Of a DNA stretch of 64,000 bases, positions 38,468 to 48,125 are shown one piece after another. This DNA comes from an uncultured Gemmatimonadales bacterium. Its GTDB lineage: Bacteria > Gemmatimonadota > Gemmatimonadetes > Gemmatimonadales > Gemmatimonadaceae. Positions within the stretch are counted from its first letter, which is position 1. Every line of letters starts with the position of its first letter. The translations under genes and the position numbers were made by a program. Under the pieces are notes generated by a model. It saw nothing but the letters and a program-made list of their open reading frames with translations, ran no database searches and was not told the origin of the DNA. The stretch lies in NCBI GenBank assembly GCA_963701965.1, contig OY969695.1, positions 2,656,001 to 2,720,000 of the forward strand, given 5' to 3'.

Positions 38468-39018
38468 CGGGCCGCCCTGGACGCGTCGGCACGCGCCGGG
38501 TGTATACCGGCCGCGTGATCGACCTGGATGTCGATACGGTCCAGTTTCCGGACGGGTCGATCGGCGAGCTCGAGATCATCCGGCATCCCGGTGCCAGCGC
38601 CGTCGTGCCTTTCTTGACCGACCCGTCGGGTGAGGATCCCCAGGTCCTTTTGATCCGGCAGTACCGGTATGCGGCGGACGGGTATGTCTACGAGATCCCG
38701 GCCGGCCGCCTCGAGCCGGGCGAAACACCCGAAGCGTGCGCGGTCCGGGAACTCGAAGAGGAAACCGGGTGTACGGCCGAGCGCGTCGAACCATTGACCA
38801 CCATCTACACGACGCCCGGGTTCACGAACGAGCGCATCCATCTCTTCATGGCGTCCGGATTGGCGAAGGGTGTGGCGAAGCGCGATGTCGACGAGTTTCT
38901 GGAGGTAGCCCCCCGGCCTCTCTCGGAGGCCCTGGGGATGATCGCGGCCGGCGAGATCTCGGACGGGAAGACCATCGTGGCCCTCATGTATGCGGCGGGA
39001 TTCCGCCTTGGGGCCTGA
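38464..39018 (+). CDS. NUDIX hydrolase (ADP-ribose pyrophosphatase-like)
   Basis: EIPAGRLEPGE..CAVRELEEETG Nudix box; IRQYRY. Confidence 0.92.
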   Translation: MTGRPGRVGTRRVYTGRVIDLDVDTVQFPDGSIGELEIIRHPGASAVVPFLTDPSGEDPQVLLIRQYRYAADGYVYEIPAGRLEPGETPEACAVRELEEETGCTAERVEPLTTIYTTPGFTNERIHLFMASGLAKGVAKRDVDEFLEVAPRPLSEALGMIAAGEISDGKTIVALMYAAGFRLGA

Positions 39019-39209
39019 ACGGGGACACGACTGTCGCTCAGAGTAGACATTTCGGCAAGGTTTCGGTATTTTCCAGCGAGGTACGATCGGCATAACTCTT
39101 TGTCAGCACAAGCGTTGAAAGGAATTCGCCTCACCGGGGTACCGGGCATGGCGCGTGCGATTCGTTTTTTGTGCTACCGGGTCGCCATTGAGAATGAGCA
39201 GGAGAGAGC

Positions 39210-39824
39210 ATGGCCGAAGTCGCGCTGAAGCGGGTCGCCCCGAAATGGACCACCATGGAGGATTCGACGGTTGTCGCGTCCTTCCTGGCTGGTGATGAGC
39301 GGGCGTTCCAAATACTCGTCGAGCGGTACCAGACGCGCCTGCTCAACTTCGTGTTCCGGACGATCGGTGACCGGGAGAAGGCGGAGGACTTGGTGCAGGA
39401 GGTGTTCATCCGGGTGTACCGGCATTTACACCGGTTCGACCGCGCCAAGAAGTTCTCCACCTGGGTGTACACGATCGCCTCGAATCTGGCGAAGAACGAG
39501 CTGCGCAATCGCTCGCGAAATCCCCTGGTGCTGTTCCAGACGATCCGCCGGAATTGGGAGGACGAGGACCGTCCCCTGCAGTTCGAGGATCCGGCGTCGC
39601 GTCCCGACGATCTGTACCGCAAGCGCCATCTCCGGGAGCTGGTCGAGGCCTCGGTCGCGCGGCTGCCGGAGCATCACCGGCAGGTCTTCATCCTGCGCGA
39701 GCTCGAGGGCAAGTCGTACGAGGAGATCGCCGAGATCACGTCCTGCAACCTCGGCACGGTGAAGTCCCGGCTCAACCGGGCCCGGACGTCGTTCGCCGAC
39801 ATTATCGCGCCGGCACTGCGCTAG
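39210..39824 (+). CDS. ECF sigma-70 factor (RpoE/SigW-like)
   Basis: AEDLVQEVF, FSTWVY and SYEEIAE..GTVKSRLNRAR motifs. Confidence 0.93.
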   Translation: MAEVALKRVAPKWTTMEDSTVVASFLAGDERAFQILVERYQTRLLNFVFRTIGDREKAEDLVQEVFIRVYRHLHRFDRAKKFSTWVYTIASNLAKNELRNRSRNPLVLFQTIRRNWEDEDRPLQFEDPASRPDDLYRKRHLRELVEASVARLPEHHRQVFILRELEGKSYEEIAEITSCNLGTVKSRLNRARTSFADIIAPALR

Positions 39825-39842
39825 CCCCGCTAAGCAGGGTCT

Positions 39843-39916
39843 AGAGCTCCGCGCAGCGGAGCTCTGTCCAACTGAGTTGTTCCCGCAGGTGCGGCTCTTA
39901 TGCCCCCTGCGGGAAC
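39843..39916 (+). repeat. Diverged double-hairpin element, intergenic
   Basis: agagctccgc-GCA-gcggagctct + gtccaactga + gttcccgcagg-N16-cctgcgggaac; same layout and linker as copies 1 and 2. Confidence 0.6.
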
Positions 39917-39950
39917 CCTCAGGGGGGCGCCCGGGTATGTCCCGCCTATC

Positions 39951-40550
39951 ATGGACTGTGGCACGTTCCGCGAAAATCACGCGGCATTCTTCGATAACGC
40001 GCTAGACGAGCGCGCAATGGCCGCCATGCGCGCCCACCGCGCCGAGTGTGCGGCCTGCGCCGCGCACGATACGATCGTACGGCGGGCGTTGTTGCTAGTC
40101 AGAAATCTTCCGACCATTGAGCCGTCGCCGCAATTTGCCGCGCGGCTCGATGCGCGTTTGCGGCAGGTCGCGCATGCCGAGGGCCGGCGCAACGTCGTGG
40201 CCGGTCCGGGGCTGACCTCGTTCGCGACGGCCGCGGCGGCGCTCATCGCGGCCGGCTACATCGTGATGGCGGCGTTGGGTAGTGTGGAGACGGCGCGCGC
40301 GCCGGAGTTGGCGTTGTCACCCGTGGTGGTCACCGCGCCCGTCGACTTGACCGCGCGGCCACTCGACCCGGATTCGGAGCTGTTCCCCGCGAGCCGGCTG
40401 CCGGCGACGCCGACGTCGCCCATGGTGAGCCCCGCGATCGTGGCATCGGTGTCCATGGGCATGCCCGTGTGGCCCGCCGCGCTGCTCGCCGCCCAGGCAC
40501 CCATGCACTTCGCGGCGTCGGAGTTCTCGCTCGTCAGCCTCGGACGATAG
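39951..40550 (+). CDS. Zinc-finger (HxxxCxxC) anti-sigma factor
   Basis: MDC...HRAECAAC; TM segment; follows the ECF sigma. Confidence 0.85.
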   Translation: MDCGTFRENHAAFFDNALDERAMAAMRAHRAECAACAAHDTIVRRALLLVRNLPTIEPSPQFAARLDARLRQVAHAEGRRNVVAGPGLTSFATAAAALIAAGYIVMAALGSVETARAPELALSPVVVTAPVDLTARPLDPDSELFPASRLPATPTSPMVSPAIVASVSMGMPVWPAALLAAQAPMHFAASEFSLVSLGR

Positions 40551-40776
40551 CCCGGACTGGGTCTCGGCCAGTGAGATCGCCGCCTACGCGTACTGTGGGC
40601 GCGCCTACTGGCTGGAACGCGTCCGCAACATAAAGACCGACGACACACGACGCGCCGCCGGCGTGCGGGCCCACGCGGGACACGGTGCCCGGGTGGCGTG
40701 GGCGCGGATACTGTTCCGCCTTGGCGTCGCCGCTCTGCTCGTCCTGATTTTCCTGATCTGGCGGCGCGTGTCGTGA
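40547..40776 (+). CDS. Small membrane protein carrying the N-terminal part of a Cas4-like nuclease (not in the ORF track; start probably damaged by a 1-nt error)
   Basis: From 40558 reads WVSASEIAAYAYCGRAYWL...GVRAHAGHG..RILFRLGVAALLVLIFLIWRRVS*. The observed cgATAGccc would be an ATGA overlap if one G were restored. Confidence 0.7.
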
Positions 40777-41276
40777 TCGCGCTCGTCGGCGTCGCGGTTC
40801 TCGCTCTCGTGCTCTTCGCGTGCGCATGGGCGGTGGGACGGACCACCGGTGTCCGGGCGCCGGTGGTGACATCCGACGTGAGGGACGAAGGGGGCCCGAC
40901 GTTGCTGGACCCCACGTCGGGATTGCGAGGGCGTCCCGACTACGTGGTGCGCGAGCGCGCCGGGCTGGTGCCCATCGAGGTCAAGCCGCTCCGGCGCGCC
41001 AGCGTCCTCTATGATTCGGATCGGATGCAGTTGGCGGTCTATCTGCTGCTGCTCCGCGCCGTCGAGCCGACCCGCTTCGCGGGGTTCGGCCGCGTGCGCT
41101 ATGCCCGGGCGGCGTTCGTGGTGACGTTGACCGCGGCGCTGGAACGCCAGTGCCTGGAGCTTGCGGGCCGCGTGCGGGCCGCCCGGCACGCGGCCGACGT
41201 GCACCGGACGCACGACGTGCCGGCCAAGTGTCGCGCGTGCGCGGTGCGTGCGGCGTGTGGCGAAGCGTTGGTGTAG
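40773..41276 (+). CDS. Membrane-anchored Cas4-like PD-(D/E)XK nuclease, C-terminal part
   Basis: N-terminal TM; GRPDY, PIEVK, QLAVY and KCRACAVRAAC motifs. Confidence 0.82.
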   Translation: MIALVGVAVLALVLFACAWAVGRTTGVRAPVVTSDVRDEGGPTLLDPTSGLRGRPDYVVRERAGLVPIEVKPLRRASVLYDSDRMQLAVYLLLLRAVEPTRFAGFGRVRYARAAFVVTLTAALERQCLELAGRVRAARHAADVHRTHDVPAKCRACAVRAACGEALV

Positions 41277-41286
41277 CTTATTGGCC

Positions 41287-42336
41287 ATGCCGCCGTCGAC
41301 GGAGCGCGCGCTGCGCGCCGCGATCACGCGCCGGACGTTCGAGCCGGTGTACTACCTCCACGGCGATGAGGATTTCCGCAAAGACGAGGCGGTGGCGGCG
41401 ATCGTGGCCGCAGCCGTCGATCCCGCGTTGCGGGATTTCAACGTCGAGATCCGGCGGGGCGCCAATGTCGACGGCGAGGTGCTGGAGACGCTGCTCGGGA
41501 CCCCGCCGCTCATGTCGGACCGGCGCGCGGTGGTCATCCGCAATGTGGCAGCGCTCAAGAAAGACGCGCGGGGTGTGCTCGACCGGTATCTCGAACATCC
41601 CGCCTCCGATGCCGTCGTCGTCCTGGTCGCGGTTGCCGGGGGCAAGCCGGACAAGGCGCTCGTCGACCGGGCGGCGGCCATCGATCTCGGCGCGCTGACC
41701 GGGGACCGGCTCGGCGATTGGATCACGCGGCGCGCCGAGTCGCTGGGCGTCACCATCAGTGCCGAGGGTGCGGCGCTGCTGCAGGATGGGGTGGGCAACG
41801 ATCTGGGGCAGCTGGCGGCCGAACTCGACAAGCTGGCGTCCTACGTCAACGCCAGCGACACGCGCGTCATTGACGAGCGCGCGGTCTCGGCGATCGTCGG
41901 CGTGGTGCGCGACGAAACCCTGGGGCGCCTGCTCGATCTGGTGGCCGCGCGCGATGCGGCGGGAGCGTTGGTCGTGCTCCCGCAGGTGTTGGCGTTGCCG
42001 AAAACCACCGCGGTGTCGATCGTCATGGCATTGACGACCCAGACGCTGGCGCTGGCCTATGCGGCGGCGGGTGGTGGGCGGTCGGCTGGGGAGTTTTTTG
42101 GACTGTTGAAGGACACCGGGGCGTTCCCGGGTCGGGCGTGGGGGGAGGCGGTGTCGGCGTGGGTGAAGGCCGCGCCGGCGTGGAGCGAGCCGGCGCTGGG
42201 CCGCGCGCTCGATGCATTGTTGGCGGCGGATGTCGCGCTCAAGGAGACGCGGGTGTCGGACGACGAGCAGATTCTCGTGTCCCTGATCTTGAGATTGTGC
42301 GCCGATGTGTCGAGGCGCGAAGGGAGAGCCGCATGA
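41287..42336 (+). CDS. holA: DNA polymerase III subunit delta
   Basis: PVYYLHGDE, DFNVE, TPPLMS, ELDKL and ADVALK motifs. Confidence 0.9.
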   Translation: MPPSTERALRAAITRRTFEPVYYLHGDEDFRKDEAVAAIVAAAVDPALRDFNVEIRRGANVDGEVLETLLGTPPLMSDRRAVVIRNVAALKKDARGVLDRYLEHPASDAVVVLVAVAGGKPDKALVDRAAAIDLGALTGDRLGDWITRRAESLGVTISAEGAALLQDGVGNDLGQLAAELDKLASYVNASDTRVIDERAVSAIVGVVRDETLGRLLDLVAARDAAGALVVLPQVLALPKTTAVSIVMALTTQTLALAYAAAGGGRSAGEFFGLLKDTGAFPGRAWGEAVSAWVKAAPAWSEPALGRALDALLAADVALKETRVSDDEQILVSLILRLCADVSRREGRAA

Positions 42337-43561
42337 TGCGCCCACTTTCTCTCGTCCTTCTCTTGGTATGCGGCGGGGTGGCCCGGGGGCAGGCAATGGC
42401 GCCGGTCGTGGCGGACCCCGCCGACTCCGTGTTGCAACGGGCCGAGCGTATGGCCGGCGAGGGGCATGCGGCCGCGGCGCGGCTGGTAGTCGACTCGGTG
42501 CTCGCGGCGACGCCTCCGGGGAGTCCGCAGTATGCCGAGGTCTTGTTCACGAGAGCCTCGCTATCGGCCACGGCGTTCGAGACCGAACGCGATTATCGGC
42601 GCATTACCGTCGAGTATCCATCGTCGCTGCGGGCGGACGACGCGCTGTTGCGGTTGGCCCAGTTGGAGTTGGCGCGGGGCAGCAAAGACGAGGCGCGCGC
42701 GCATCTGCTGCGCCTCGAGCGCGATCGGGCGCCCGCGCAGACTCCCCCGCGCACCAACCTGTCGATCGCGCATGCGTGGTTCGCGGTCGCGGAGCCCGAG
42801 CATGCGTGCGCGGCGTTGGACGCGGCGCACCAGGCGGCGCCGCCGACGGAGGTCGAGTTCATCCATCAACTCGACTACGCGGGACAACCCTGTGCCCGCC
42901 TGCCGAAGGCGGTCGCGGTCAAACCCGCCGTCACACCCAAGCCGGCGGCGCCTGCGGCGCCTGCCGTAAAACCAGATAGTGCGGCCGCGGCCAGCGTGAC
43001 GCCGGTGAGCGCGCGCCGACGCCCGAGAGTGCGCCCGCCGCCAGGTGCCCCGGCGACACGACGGGAGCCAGTGCGACGGGAGCCAGTGCGCCTGCCGCTA
43101 GCGTGTCTCCAGCGAGTACGACTGGAGCTGGTGCAACTGGAGCGACGGGAGCCAGTGCGACGGGCGCGGGTACAATCCCGCACCGGCTGCGCCTGCGCCG
43201 CCACCGGTACCGTAGGGTCGCACCAACGAGCGGCGTCCCGTCACCGCGTGCTCCCAGCCTGGCACGGACCGCCGACCCACCGCGCCGCCGGCGAAAGCGC
43301 CGGATCACCGCGCCACCCGCACCGGCCGCCACCGGCAAGTACACCGTGCAAGTCGCCGCATACGACACGCGCGGCGAAGCCGAGGCGCTGTCGTCGAAAC
43401 TGGTTTCGAGGGGATACGAGAGCCGGGTATGGGGCACGGCCGCGCCGTTCCGCGTGCGGATCGGCCGCTACGCTACGCGATCGGCGGCCGAGTCGGAGCT
43501 GGCGGCGCTGAACGTGAAGGGGATGTCCGGCTTCGTCATCGAGACCGAGTCTCCGCGCTAG
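42333..43561 (+). CDS. Secreted TPR + low-complexity linker + SPOR-domain protein (frameshifts in the linker, ~43010-43300)
   Basis: Signal peptide; YPSSLRADDALLRLAQ TPR-like region; C-terminal YTVQVAAY...FRVRIGRY in ORF 43103..43561. Confidence 0.78.
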
Positions 43562-46118
43562 CCATCGCCTTCAACTCGGCGAGCGCCGCCAGCGCTTGCA
43601 TGGGTGTGAGATGATCGGGCTCGAGTGCCGCCAGGCGCACCAGCGCCGGGTGCGGCGCCTCGGCAAATAGCGGCAGCTGCTCGGCGCGCGGCGCGGGTGT
43701 CCCCGCGAGTCCCGCCACGAGCTGCTCGCCCTCGAGCAAGTGCAGCACCTCGCGCGCCCGGGCGAGCACGGGTTCCGGCAGCCCGGCCAGCCGCCCCACT
43801 TCGATGCCGTACGACCGGTCCGCCCCACCCGGCTGCATGCGGTGCAGGAACAACACCCGATCGCCGACCTCGCGGACCGCGACGTTGTAGTTCCGGAGCG
43901 CCGGCAGCTCATCGGCCAGCTGCGTCAGCTCATGGTAGTGGGTGGCGAACACCGTCTTGCACCCCACTCGCGTGTGCAGATGCTCGGTGACGGCCCAGGC
44001 AATGGAGACGCCATCGTACGTCAATGTCCCCCGCCCGATCTCGTCGAGCAACACCAGACTCCGCGCGGTTGCCGTGTGCAAGATGGCGCTCGTCTCCGCC
44101 ATTTCGACCATGAAGGTCGACTGCCCCCGCACCAGATTGTCGCTGGCGCCCACGCGCGTGAACAAGCGGTCGACAATGCCAATGGTCGCCCGGGTCGCCG
44201 GCACGAAGCTGCCCGCCTGCGCCATGGCCACGATCAAGCCGACCTGTCGCAGGATCGTCGACTTTCCCGCCATGTTGGGACCCGTCAGAATGATGACGCG
44301 CTCGGCATCGTTGAGGCGGACATCGTTCGGGATGAACTGCTCCCGCGGCATCATGCGCTCCACCACCGGATGCCGGCCGCCGACAATGTCCAGCGCCAGC
44401 TCATCGGTGATCTGCGGCCGCACGAACCGCTCCCGCTCCGCCACCTCGGCGAACGTGGCCACCACATCCAGCTCGGCGACACACCGCGCCGCGCGTTGCA
44501 ACCGCGCGATCTCGGCGCCGGCCGCGCTTCGCGCGCGCTCGAACAATTCCCGCTCCCGGACCTCGATCCGCTCGGCCGCGGTCAGCACGCGCTCCTCGTA
44601 CTCCTTGAGGGCCGGCGTCACATACCGCTCGGCGCCCGTCAACGTCTGCCGCCGCTGATAATCCGCCGGTACCGCCCCCCGATGGGAGTTCGTCACCTCG
44701 ATGAAGTAGCCGAAGACGCGGTTGTACCCGACCTTGAGCGATGCGATGCCGGTCCGCGCCCGCTCGGCCGCCTGGATCTCGGCGATCTTGTCCTTGCCGC
44801 CATCGCGCAGCGCCCGCAACTCGTCCAGCGCCGGATCGATTCCCGTCGCGATGGTCGCCTCGTCGCCGACGGCCAGCGGCGGCCGTTCGACGAGCGTGCG
44901 CGTGATGGCCGACGCCACGTCGGCGCACGAATCCCACGCCGCGCCGAGCGCCGCGAACGCCCCATGATCGAGCCGCTCGATGGCCGCGATGACGCGCGGC
45001 AGCCGGTCGAGCGAATCGCCGAGCGCGCGCAACTCCCGCGGCGTGGCCCGCGCCGCCGCCGCTTTCCCCGCCAGGCGCTCCACGTCGCGCACCCCATCGA
45101 GCGCCTCCCGCAGCGCGGCCCGCGCCAGCGCGTCGGCCGCGAGCGCCGCCACGCGATCGAGTCGCGCGTCGATGGCGGCGCGATCCGTGAGCGGGGCCAA
45201 GAGCCACTGCCGCATGAGACGCGCGCCCATGGCCGTGCCCGTGCGGTCGAGCACATCGATCAGCGTCCCGGCGGCTTCCCCGCGCAACGACTCGACCAAC
45301 TCCAGGTTGCGTCGCGTCATCTCGTCGAGCGGCATGGCGCCGCCCGGCCGCTCGATCACCGGGCGCGCCAGATGCGGCAGTCCGCCGGGCTGCAGCTCGG
45401 TGAGATACTCGAGCAAGGCTCCGGCGGCCGCCACCGCCGGTCCGTCCGCGGCGCCAATCCCGAAGCCCTCGATCGACGCCACGCCAAACCGTCGCGCCAA
45501 CTGCCCGGCGCCGTGGACGGGCTCGAATTCCCACGGTTCGCGCTCGGTGACGAGCACATTCTCGATGCGCACCGCGGCGAGCGCGGCGGCCGCTCCGCGC
45601 GCGACGAGCACTTCGCGCGGCGCGAAGCGCGCGACCAGCGTCGGGGCGTCGGCGTGGGGCGCGGTCGCCAACCGGAACTCGCCCGTGGAGACGTCGACCG
45701 CGGCGAGACCGAGCGTCGCGCCCTGCGCGAACAGCGCGCAGAGGAAGTTGTTGCGCGCGCCGTCCAAGAGATCATCGGCCAGCGCGGCGCCGGGCGTGAT
45801 CGTTTCCACGACCTCCCGGCGCACCGGTCCCTTCGCAAACTTCGGATCCTCGACCTGCTCGCAGATCGCGACCCGAAATCCCTTGCGGACGAGGCGTTTG
45901 ACGTACTCGCCGACAGCCTTCACCGGAATTCCGGCCAGCGGGACCGCGGACGCCGCGCCGTTGTTGCGCGACGTCAGCGTCAGGCCGAGCGCGCGGGCGC
46001 CGGTCTCGGCGTCGTCGTAGAACATCTCGTAGAAGTCGCCCATGCGGAAGAACAGGATCGCGTCCTGATGGCGCGCCTTGATCTCCCGGTACTGCTGCAT
46101 CAGCGGAGTCTCGGTCAT
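43536..46118 (-). CDS. mutS: DNA mismatch repair protein MutS
   Basis: TPLMQQY, FRMGDFYEMF, GPNMAGKS, STFMVEM and FATHYHEL motifs. Confidence 0.97.
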   Translation of the reverse strand: MTETPLMQQYREIKARHQDAILFFRMGDFYEMFYDDAETGARALGLTLTSRNNGAASAVPLAGIPVKAVGEYVKRLVRKGFRVAICEQVEDPKFAKGPVRREVVETITPGAALADDLLDGARNNFLCALFAQGATLGLAAVDVSTGEFRLATAPHADAPTLVARFAPREVLVARGAAAALAAVRIENVLVTEREPWEFEPVHGAGQLARRFGVASIEGFGIGAADGPAVAAAGALLEYLTELQPGGLPHLARPVIERPGGAMPLDEMTRRNLELVESLRGEAAGTLIDVLDRTGTAMGARLMRQWLLAPLTDRAAIDARLDRVAALAADALARAALREALDGVRDVERLAGKAAAARATPRELRALGDSLDRLPRVIAAIERLDHGAFAALGAAWDSCADVASAITRTLVERPPLAVGDEATIATGIDPALDELRALRDGGKDKIAEIQAAERARTGIASLKVGYNRVFGYFIEVTNSHRGAVPADYQRRQTLTGAERYVTPALKEYEERVLTAAERIEVRERELFERARSAAGAEIARLQRAARCVAELDVVATFAEVAERERFVRPQITDELALDIVGGRHPVVERMMPREQFIPNDVRLNDAERVIILTGPNMAGKSTILRQVGLIVAMAQAGSFVPATRATIGIVDRLFTRVGASDNLVRGQSTFMVEMAETSAILHTATARSLVLLDEIGRGTLTYDGVSIAWAVTEHLHTRVGCKTVFATHYHELTQLADELPALRNYNVAVREVGDRVLFLHRMQPGGADRSYGIEVGRLAGLPEPVLARAREVLHLLEGEQLVAGLAGTPAPRAEQLPLFAEAPHPALVRLAALEPDHLTPMQALAALAELKAMASAETRSR

Positions 46119-46780
46119 ACGCGATCGACGAACACGACGGCGCCCAGCGCCGGCCCGATATCCCGCGTGCCGCTATTGGAGATGTCGAGCGACAGCGGTC
46201 CTTCGTACGGTGCCCGCCGGACGACGGTGACGACGGCGCCGGGCACGAGACCCAGCTCCGCGAGATAGCGGAGCCGGTCGGGATCATCATCGCTGACGCG
46301 CACGATGCGCGCCCGCTCACCGGGTCGGAGCTCGGCCAGCGGCGTGTGCGGCCGCTCGTCGATCGCGCCCTCGGCGGTCGGAATCGGCGCGCCATGCGGG
46401 TCGACGGTCGGATGGCCGAGGACACTGGCCATGCGATCGATGAGCGCGTCGGATGCCGCGTGCTCCAGCCGCTCGGCCTCGTCATGCACCAGGTCCCACG
46501 ACAGGCCCAGCGCCCGGCTCAGATACGTCTCGAGGACGCGGTGGCGGCGCAGCGTGCGGAGCGCGACCCGCTGTCCCTCATCGGTGAGTCGCGCGCCATG
46601 ATACGGTTCGTACGCGATCAAGCCAGAATCCGCCAACCGGCGCATCATCCCCGTGACCGACGGCGGCGCCACGCCGAGCCGGTGGGCCAAGTCGGTCGTG
46701 GAGACGGTGCCCGACGCCCGTTCCAGCTCGTAGACCGCCTTGAGGCAGTCTTCCATGGAAGCCGTATACACGACGCTCAT
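46115..46780 (-). CDS. mntR: DtxR/MntR-family metal-dependent repressor with FeoA domain
   Basis: PSVTGM, RRHRVLE, EAERLEH and DPHGAPIP motifs. Confidence 0.88.
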   Translation of the reverse strand: MSVVYTASMEDCLKAVYELERASGTVSTTDLAHRLGVAPPSVTGMMRRLADSGLIAYEPYHGARLTDEGQRVALRTLRRHRVLETYLSRALGLSWDLVHDEAERLEHAASDALIDRMASVLGHPTVDPHGAPIPTAEGAIDERPHTPLAELRPGERARIVRVSDDDPDRLRYLAELGLVPGAVVTVVRRAPYEGPLSLDISNSGTRDIGPALGAVVFVDRV

Positions 46781-48108
46781 AGGAGCGCAGCCACCAGGAG
46801 CCAGGCGTTGAGCCCCGCGATCGCGATCGCCACGGTCCACGCGAGAACTGCCAGCGAGCGCCCGTTCACAAACTCCCCCATTTTGGCCCGACTCGACGTG
46901 AACTGCACGAGCGGGATGACGGCGAACGAGAGCTGCAGACTGAGCACGACCTGGCTGAAGACGAGGAGCGTGGCCGTGCCGTGCTCGCCATAGAGCGCCG
47001 TCACGATCACCGCCGGGATGATCGCGATCGCGCGCGTGATCAACCGCCGGAGCCACGGCCGGAGCCGAATGTCGAGAAACCCTTCCATCACGATCTGTCC
47101 GGCCAGCGTGCCCGTCAACGTCGAGTTTTGTCCGGAGGCGAGGAGGGCGAGCGCGAACACCACGCTGGCGCCGCCAAAGCCCAAGAGCGGCGTGAGCAGC
47201 TTGTACGCGTCCTGGATCTCGGCGACATTGGCATGGCCCGTCGTGTGGAACGTGGCCGCCGCGACGATGAGAATCGCCGCATTGATGAAAAGCGCGAAAC
47301 TCAACGCAATCGTCGAGTCGAGGAACGCGAAACGGATCGCTTCGCGCTTGCCCGACGGACTGATCTCGTAGCTCCGGGTCTGCACGACCGAGGAATGCAG
47401 ATAGAGATTGTGCGGCATCACCGTCGCGCCCAGGATGGAGATCGCGATATAGAGTTGGGCCGGGTTCGTGATGATCGACGCCGTCGGCACGAATCCCCGC
47501 ATCACCGCGCCGTAGTCCGGCCGCGAGATCACGAGCTCGAACAAGAAGCAGAGGCCGATCGTCGCGATCAATACCACGACCAACGCCTCCAGCCGCCGGA
47601 ACCCGAAGTGCTGCAGGTACAGCACGATCAACACATCGAGCGATGTCAGGATGACGCCGGCGATCAGCGGCAGATGAAAGAGCAGGTTGAGCGCGATCGC
47701 CGATCCGATGACCTCGGCCAAGTCGCAGGCCGCGATCGCGATCTCCGCGAACAGCCACAGCGCCACGCTCGTGGGCCGCGAATAGGCGTCGCGGCACGCC
47801 TGGGCCAAGTCGCGCTCGGTGACGATGCCGAGCTTGGACGCGAGACCCTGGAGCAGGACCGCGAGCAGGTTCGAAACGAGGATGACGCTGAGCAGCGCGT
47901 AGCCGAACCGGGCCCCGCCGGCCAGATCCGTGGCCCAGTTGCCCGGGTCCATGTAGCCGACCGCCACCAGGTAGCCGGGCCCGGCAAAGGCGAGCAGCTT
48001 ACGCCACCACCCGCCCGTGACCGCCACCGTCCGGTAGGACTCGGCGAGTGTCGGTGTGGGGCGCGACCGTCGCCACCGGACTTCAGGCTCAGCGGATAGT
48101 TTAGCCAC
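46777..48108 (-). CDS. mntH: Nramp Mn2+/Fe2+ transporter
   Basis: YMDPGNW and MPHNLYLHS motifs. Confidence 0.95.
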   Translation of the reverse strand: MAKLSAEPEVRWRRSRPTPTLAESYRTVAVTGGWWRKLLAFAGPGYLVAVGYMDPGNWATDLAGGARFGYALLSVILVSNLLAVLLQGLASKLGIVTERDLAQACRDAYSRPTSVALWLFAEIAIAACDLAEVIGSAIALNLLFHLPLIAGVILTSLDVLIVLYLQHFGFRRLEALVVVLIATIGLCFLFELVISRPDYGAVMRGFVPTASIITNPAQLYIAISILGATVMPHNLYLHSSVVQTRSYEISPSGKREAIRFAFLDSTIALSFALFINAAILIVAAATFHTTGHANVAEIQDAYKLLTPLLGFGGASVVFALALLASGQNSTLTGTLAGQIVMEGFLDIRLRPWLRRLITRAIAIIPAVIVTALYGEHGTATLLVFSQVVLSLQLSFAVIPLVQFTSSRAKMGEFVNGRSLAVLAWTVAIAIAGLNAWLLVAALL

Positions 48109-48114
48109 GGCTAA
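48101..48114. promoter_or_regulatory. Putative DtxR/MntR operator overlapping the mntH start codon
   Basis: Palindrome TTAGCC-AC-GGCTAA in an AT-rich patch; resembles DtxR-family TTAG-N6-CTAA boxes; cognate regulator is in the same operon. Confidence 0.7.
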
Positions 48115-48125
48115 TTATTATCTCA

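Noticed and set aside
39010..39210. tRNA or ncRNA in the intergenic region before the ECF sigma
   Set aside because: No cloverleaf, T-loop or CCA end; more likely a promoter region.
44015..44045. Mutator allele: MutS GRGTL instead of conserved GRGTS
   Set aside because: A single C-to-T difference in error-prone sequence cannot be distinguished from a base-calling error without reads.
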